Source: Laetmonice hystrix (Eukaryota). Taken from it: a DNA stretch of 64,000 nucleotides. Made by a program: the position numbers and the translations under genes. The stretch is from contig OZ249436.1 of assembly GCA_965235115.1 (NCBI GenBank), forward strand, positions 47,060,001-47,124,000, written 5' to 3'. Each line of letters begins with the position of its first letter. Position 1 is the first letter of the stretch. This document shows, in pieces, positions 59,930-64,000 of the stretch. Below the pieces are notes generated by a model that made no database searches, was not told where the DNA came from, and saw only the letters and a program-made list of their open reading frames with translations.

Positions 59930-60840
59930 TGTCTCGTTAAAATATCGCCCCCCCCCCCTACACACACAATGACCTCACCGTGGAGGAGCAGGCGGCGTGT
60001 CGTGGGAGTAGTCAGGTGGGGTCGCTCGCCTGCCCGCCTCTCACTGATCTAAAACGAGACTCCGGAATCCCCCACATAATGACGTCACGAATCAGGACAG
60101 GAGGCGAGGAGAGGTCGGAAGACGAGGCTGGGAAAGGACGGACGGAGGCAGGGAGACCCTTACCTGACCGCGGTTGTGGACCGTGTAGATCAGACACTGT
60201 CTGGCGGGATACGTTGGTAGGTATCGAATCGATATCAGCTTAGATAACTACACTTATATCTCACCGTAATGGTCAGTCGACCTAAAAACATCACCGTAAT
60301 ATCGCCCATCTTGGACTTGACAGCTCCATCCCCGTGACATTCTAATTTCTAAATGCTGACTTAGCTAAGCACTGATGGCGCCTGGCGCGGATTCGTAGTT
60401 CATGCCAAGTACGGGTACAATGTAGAAAACAATATATATAACTGAGGTCCGTGCATTAATTATGACAACATTTTAATAGCTATGGCATTAGACCAGTATA
60501 CCGTAGTCGTAGACGGCCCTGGCCTTGGTTTGGCTGACGCCAGGCGGGGCGAGCAGGCGGGGCGGGGCGGACCCCGAGATATGTGACGGTATTGGCGGAG
60601 GTATGTACCGCCGATACCCGCAGTACTATTGATCGGTTAGCACGGCGGCACACACCACACCCTTCCCGGCCCCCGTCCAGGCGGGCGGGCGGGCGGCGGC
60701 AGGCAGGCGGCTGCTGCACGGGGTCTAGACACACGCCCTGAGGCTGACAATACCTGGGTGCTTACAATTTATTAATCGGTTTATAAACACACCCGACCTG
60801 ACTCGGTCCAGGGATCAGGAGGACGGAGTGGGTAGGTATG
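59930..60840 (+). promoter_or_regulatory. CpG-rich promoter / 5' non-coding exon region, probably for the gene starting at 63331
   Basis: GC boxes (ggggcggggc ~60559), CRE TGACGTCA ~60080, and donor-like ttg|gtaggt (~60216) and tgg|gtaggt (~60831). Confidence 0.45.
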
Positions 60841-61551
60841 GGCGATGTGCATGATGTAGAGCGTTGGTCTAATCCTCGCGACTGGCAGTCATCAAATTGA
60901 TCCAGTCACCCTTCCAGGTTAGACTGGCGGTCTAAGGTTTGAGACATGCAGGCGATACAGAGGAGTTAGATCAGACATGAGTAGGTATCGAGTGGTACGA
61001 TGGGCATGGAGCAGAATATAGACAGCCTTCTCACTAAAGCCTGGATGACAGTTGAACGACACGCTGTCATCCCTCACGGTCACCCAAATGCCATGGTCAT
61101 GGATAGGTCTGTCTATTACAGGACTGTGAGAGAGACAGTCTATTTGGAGATGCCCAGAAATAACCAAATTAGTTAAGTCGGGAAGCACACATTCTTATTT
61201 TCATGATGATCTAGTATTTGTAGTGATTTTATACTTTAACTTGGTAATGTGTCATTCTTTCATATAATCCCCGTGTGAACCGCTTCATTACCGTAATTTA
61301 GTTATACAAAATTAATTAGATTGAAGCAGTGCCAAATTTTGTTTCAGGTTCCGTTCTACCCGCTCATCTGTTTTTTTTCCATAGCAGGGCTCGAAATACT
61401 TTAAAAATTTTGAATCGCAATAATTACCGAGTTAACTGGTTTGTAGAAGCAGAAATAGGCAATATTTTGCGACTCATATGTTAATTTGATTCCCAACAGG
61501 CTGACTTTCACTCGCAAATTGTGATGCGAACCCGGGGTGCGTTTCTGTAAG

Positions 61552-62733
61552 CAGGGATGCCAGTTTGTAGTAAATTTCCTGATTTCAGGAATTTTCAGTT
61601 TTTGATTTTTTAAATATTTTTTCCTGTAGAGTCTAGTCTATTTTCCGTTTTTTAAATCAATTTTTCCTAATTTTAGGCATTTCCATATTCATTCCCCCTG
61701 GCCCTACAGCTACAGTACAGGTATAATGTTTCCTGCCATAAAGTAGATTCTTAATCTTTTTTTCATGTTAGGCCTAAACATGTATTGTGTGTTGACCGTG
61801 TCTACCCGCCTGCCTCCCGTCAGGGCTGCCGGCAAGGGCCCTGCATGCATACGACCGCGAGCCGGGCCGTGCGCCCGTGAGCAGGCACCGTAAGGCCGTG
61901 TATCTCTGGCCGCGTCCAGTCAGCGCTGCTCGGCAGCCGGGCCGTGTGCCCGTGAGCAGGCACCGTAAGGCCGCGTATCTCTGGTCGCGTCCGGTCAGCG
62001 CTGCTCGGCAGCGTGTAGGAAATCTGCGGTGTTTGTGGTATTTTTTCAGGAACCACACTTTTGCTGTAAGGGCAAAATGCCAAGCAAATTCTCTTCTCTG
62101 ATTGGTGGATATTCGCAGAATAAATATTTTAAAACGTTTACTGCGGGCCGGGATGTTGCTACCAATAAAACTAATAATCGGGATGGACCAGTATGGCAAT
62201 TTGAAACCGATAATTTTGAAAAAATATTTAAAATATTTTCAATAAATATCATGAAAATATTTCACTGTGAATATGTTTGAACACATCTCATATCTTACTA
62301 GATTATTCATTAGAGGCTATATATTGGTGGGAAACATTTTTTAATTTTGTAAATTTTTGGTACTAATTCCGTAATCGCCGTGCAATGTACGGTTACGCAG
62401 ATTAGGTCTGACTGAAGCCAACCTTGCTTGAGTGGGTGGTTATCCGGTAATAACTGGGATATTTAGGGTATCCTCCGACGTGTGTTCCACGTGATTATCA
62501 TAGTCACTGAAGGACATGAATAAGGAAAAACCGTCATTCTTCAGCTCCCTCTGAAATATTCCACATAGGTAAAAAAAAATTCTTAGTTTTAGGTTTAAGT
62601 TGTTTAAACATGTGCTTCCAGCATAAACATGCCAAAATCAACCTATGTTCTAGTGTTAAAATGTATGGTTTGTGACTTTTAGGGCCCCCCAAAATATTTC
62701 AGGAAATTTTACCATAGCCAACTGGCATCCCTG
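61552..62733. mobile_element. Non-autonomous hAT-like element with 6-bp TSD
   Basis: TGTAAG|cagggatgccagtt...aactggcatccctg|TGTAAG; TIR similarity extends to aaatttcctga / tcaggaaattt. Confidence 0.75.
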
Positions 62734-63330
62734 TGTAAGGAAAGATGTCTTTGCGCAAAGAGTCTTTCCAAAGAGTCTTTTTGAAACCAGTGTTAAAGAA
62801 TTGAGTGTTATAGAAACACCACGTCGCCGCAAAGACTCTTTGGGTTCAGTGAGGGTCTCAAAGAGTCTTTTGGGCTTTATAGACAGCAGTAAAACCTTCT
62901 ATTGAACGGCTGAATTCTAAGTTTTTCACCATAATTTTGGTTATGTTCAGACTGGCACCAACCCAATCACTCGTGGTGAGGGTGAGAGACTCCCTCTGCT
63001 TGTAGTCGGTCAGAGACAGACTTACAACTGCATTGCCATGCTCATTCATCAATTTGCTACTTTTTCTAATCTTCTATTCTCATGTCTGGAGTATGGCTGC
63101 AACAGAAACCGTCACTGTGACCTCTGTCAGTGTCTGAAGGTCAAAGGTCAGGTCACAGACCTTCAATAAAGCCATGGGTATTGTCGTTTAGTTTTCGTGG
63201 CTTTCACTTGAAAGTTCTGTGCCACCTCTGGCCAGTAGAGCGCAGAGGTTATATTTAAATTAAACTGAGACTGAGCACTCTGATTGGTTTTGTTTCCCGC
63301 AGATGCTGGGGCCAAGAATGAGGTAGCAAG

Positions 63331-64000
63331 ATGGCGTCCCCAATACTCAACCACATGAAGGATGACTCCATTGCCTTCATCGATGACGTTTCTGAGAAGG
63401 CCAGACTTGTAGAAGATAGAGAACCTTCCCCAGTACTGAACAGAGACAAGCAGACAAAATCTCCACTGAAAGCAAAGAATCTTGCCAATGCTAAGAATGG
63501 AGTACCAGGGGTTCAGCTGAGCACATCGGAAGGAGATGAAGTGATTGAAGACTCAGAGACTGCCAAACTCCTGGGAAGTAATGAAAAAGTCAACAAGGAT
63601 TCCACTAAGGAGGATGTAGGAGTGGTAGAGGTTGTGACCACACATGTGGAAAAGGTTGTTAAAACAAATATAACAAAAGAGGAAGGAAAAACTGAGATTA
63701 TTATTGAGAGATCGGACACTGTGGTTGAAAACATAGTTAACCTCTCGTCTGACTCACCCAAGAAAGACAAGGAGGATCAAAATGATTCAGAAAAGGAGAA
63801 AAAGGAGCCAGAAACTCCAGAGAAAACGGATGCAAGCAAGGATGATACGGAGGATAAGATAATCATTGAGAAGAAGAAGCCTGATCCCATTTTGATCATC
63901 TCACCAGCAAGTGATGACGAGAAAAAGGATGTGATGAAGGAACCTGTTCAGGTAGAGATTCCTCGTGACATAGTTCCAGCGAGTATCATCAGTGATTTCA
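63331..64000 (+). CDS. First coding exon of an unidentified gene (acidic/Lys-rich, probably disordered N-terminus), truncated by window end
   Basis: Acceptor tgtttcccgcag| at 63302, in-frame TGA at 63319, caagATGG start context. The open frame MASPILNHMKDDSIAFIDDVSEKARLVEDREPSPV...PASIISDF runs to the last base; it is absent from the ORF track because it has no stop. Confidence 0.85.
   Translation, partial: MASPILNHMKDDSIAFIDDVSEKARLVEDREPSPVLNRDKQTKSPLKAKNLANAKNGVPGVQLSTSEGDEVIEDSETAKLLGSNEKVNKDSTKEDVGVVEVVTTHVEKVVKTNITKEEGKTEIIIERSDTVVENIVNLSSDSPKKDKEDQNDSEKEKKEPETPEKTDASKDDTEDKIIIEKKKPDPILIISPASDDEKKDVMKEPVQVEIPRDIVPASIISDF

Noticed and set aside
63138..63155. Perfect DR1 nuclear-receptor element AGGTCAaAGGTCA
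   Set aside because: AGGTCA runs are common in this window's repeats (e.g. 57250-57440), so a single site is not evidence of function.

Overview
Eukaryotic (animal, probably invertebrate) genomic DNA, very rich in minisatellites and non-autonomous DNA transposons. The main feature is at 2.4-18 kb: a tandem array of eight + strand exons. Each starts at a phase-0 splice acceptor, encodes a pair (sometimes three) of Kruppel-type C2H2 zinc fingers, and ends in its own stop codon. This is the architecture of mutually exclusive 3'-terminal DNA-binding exons spliced to shared upstream exons (lola/fruitless/broad/mod(mdg4)-like); the shared exons would lie upstream of the window. Downstream are four further units. 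(1) A two-coding-exon gene for an uncharacterised 110-aa protein whose splice acceptor plus start codon is amplified 16-fold. (2) A 7-exon Rab11-FIP-like gene (C2 + EXOC2/Sec5-like IPT/TIG + FIP Rab-binding domain, about 459 aa) with a 7-fold in-frame amplified acceptor. (3) A structurally complete DIRS1-type tyrosine-recombinase retrotransposon in intron 5 of that gene. (4) The start of another gene running off the right end. Foldback, Academ-like, Kolobok-like and hAT-like non-autonomous elements and a tRNA-derived SINE are also present. All calls are by eye; no searches were run.
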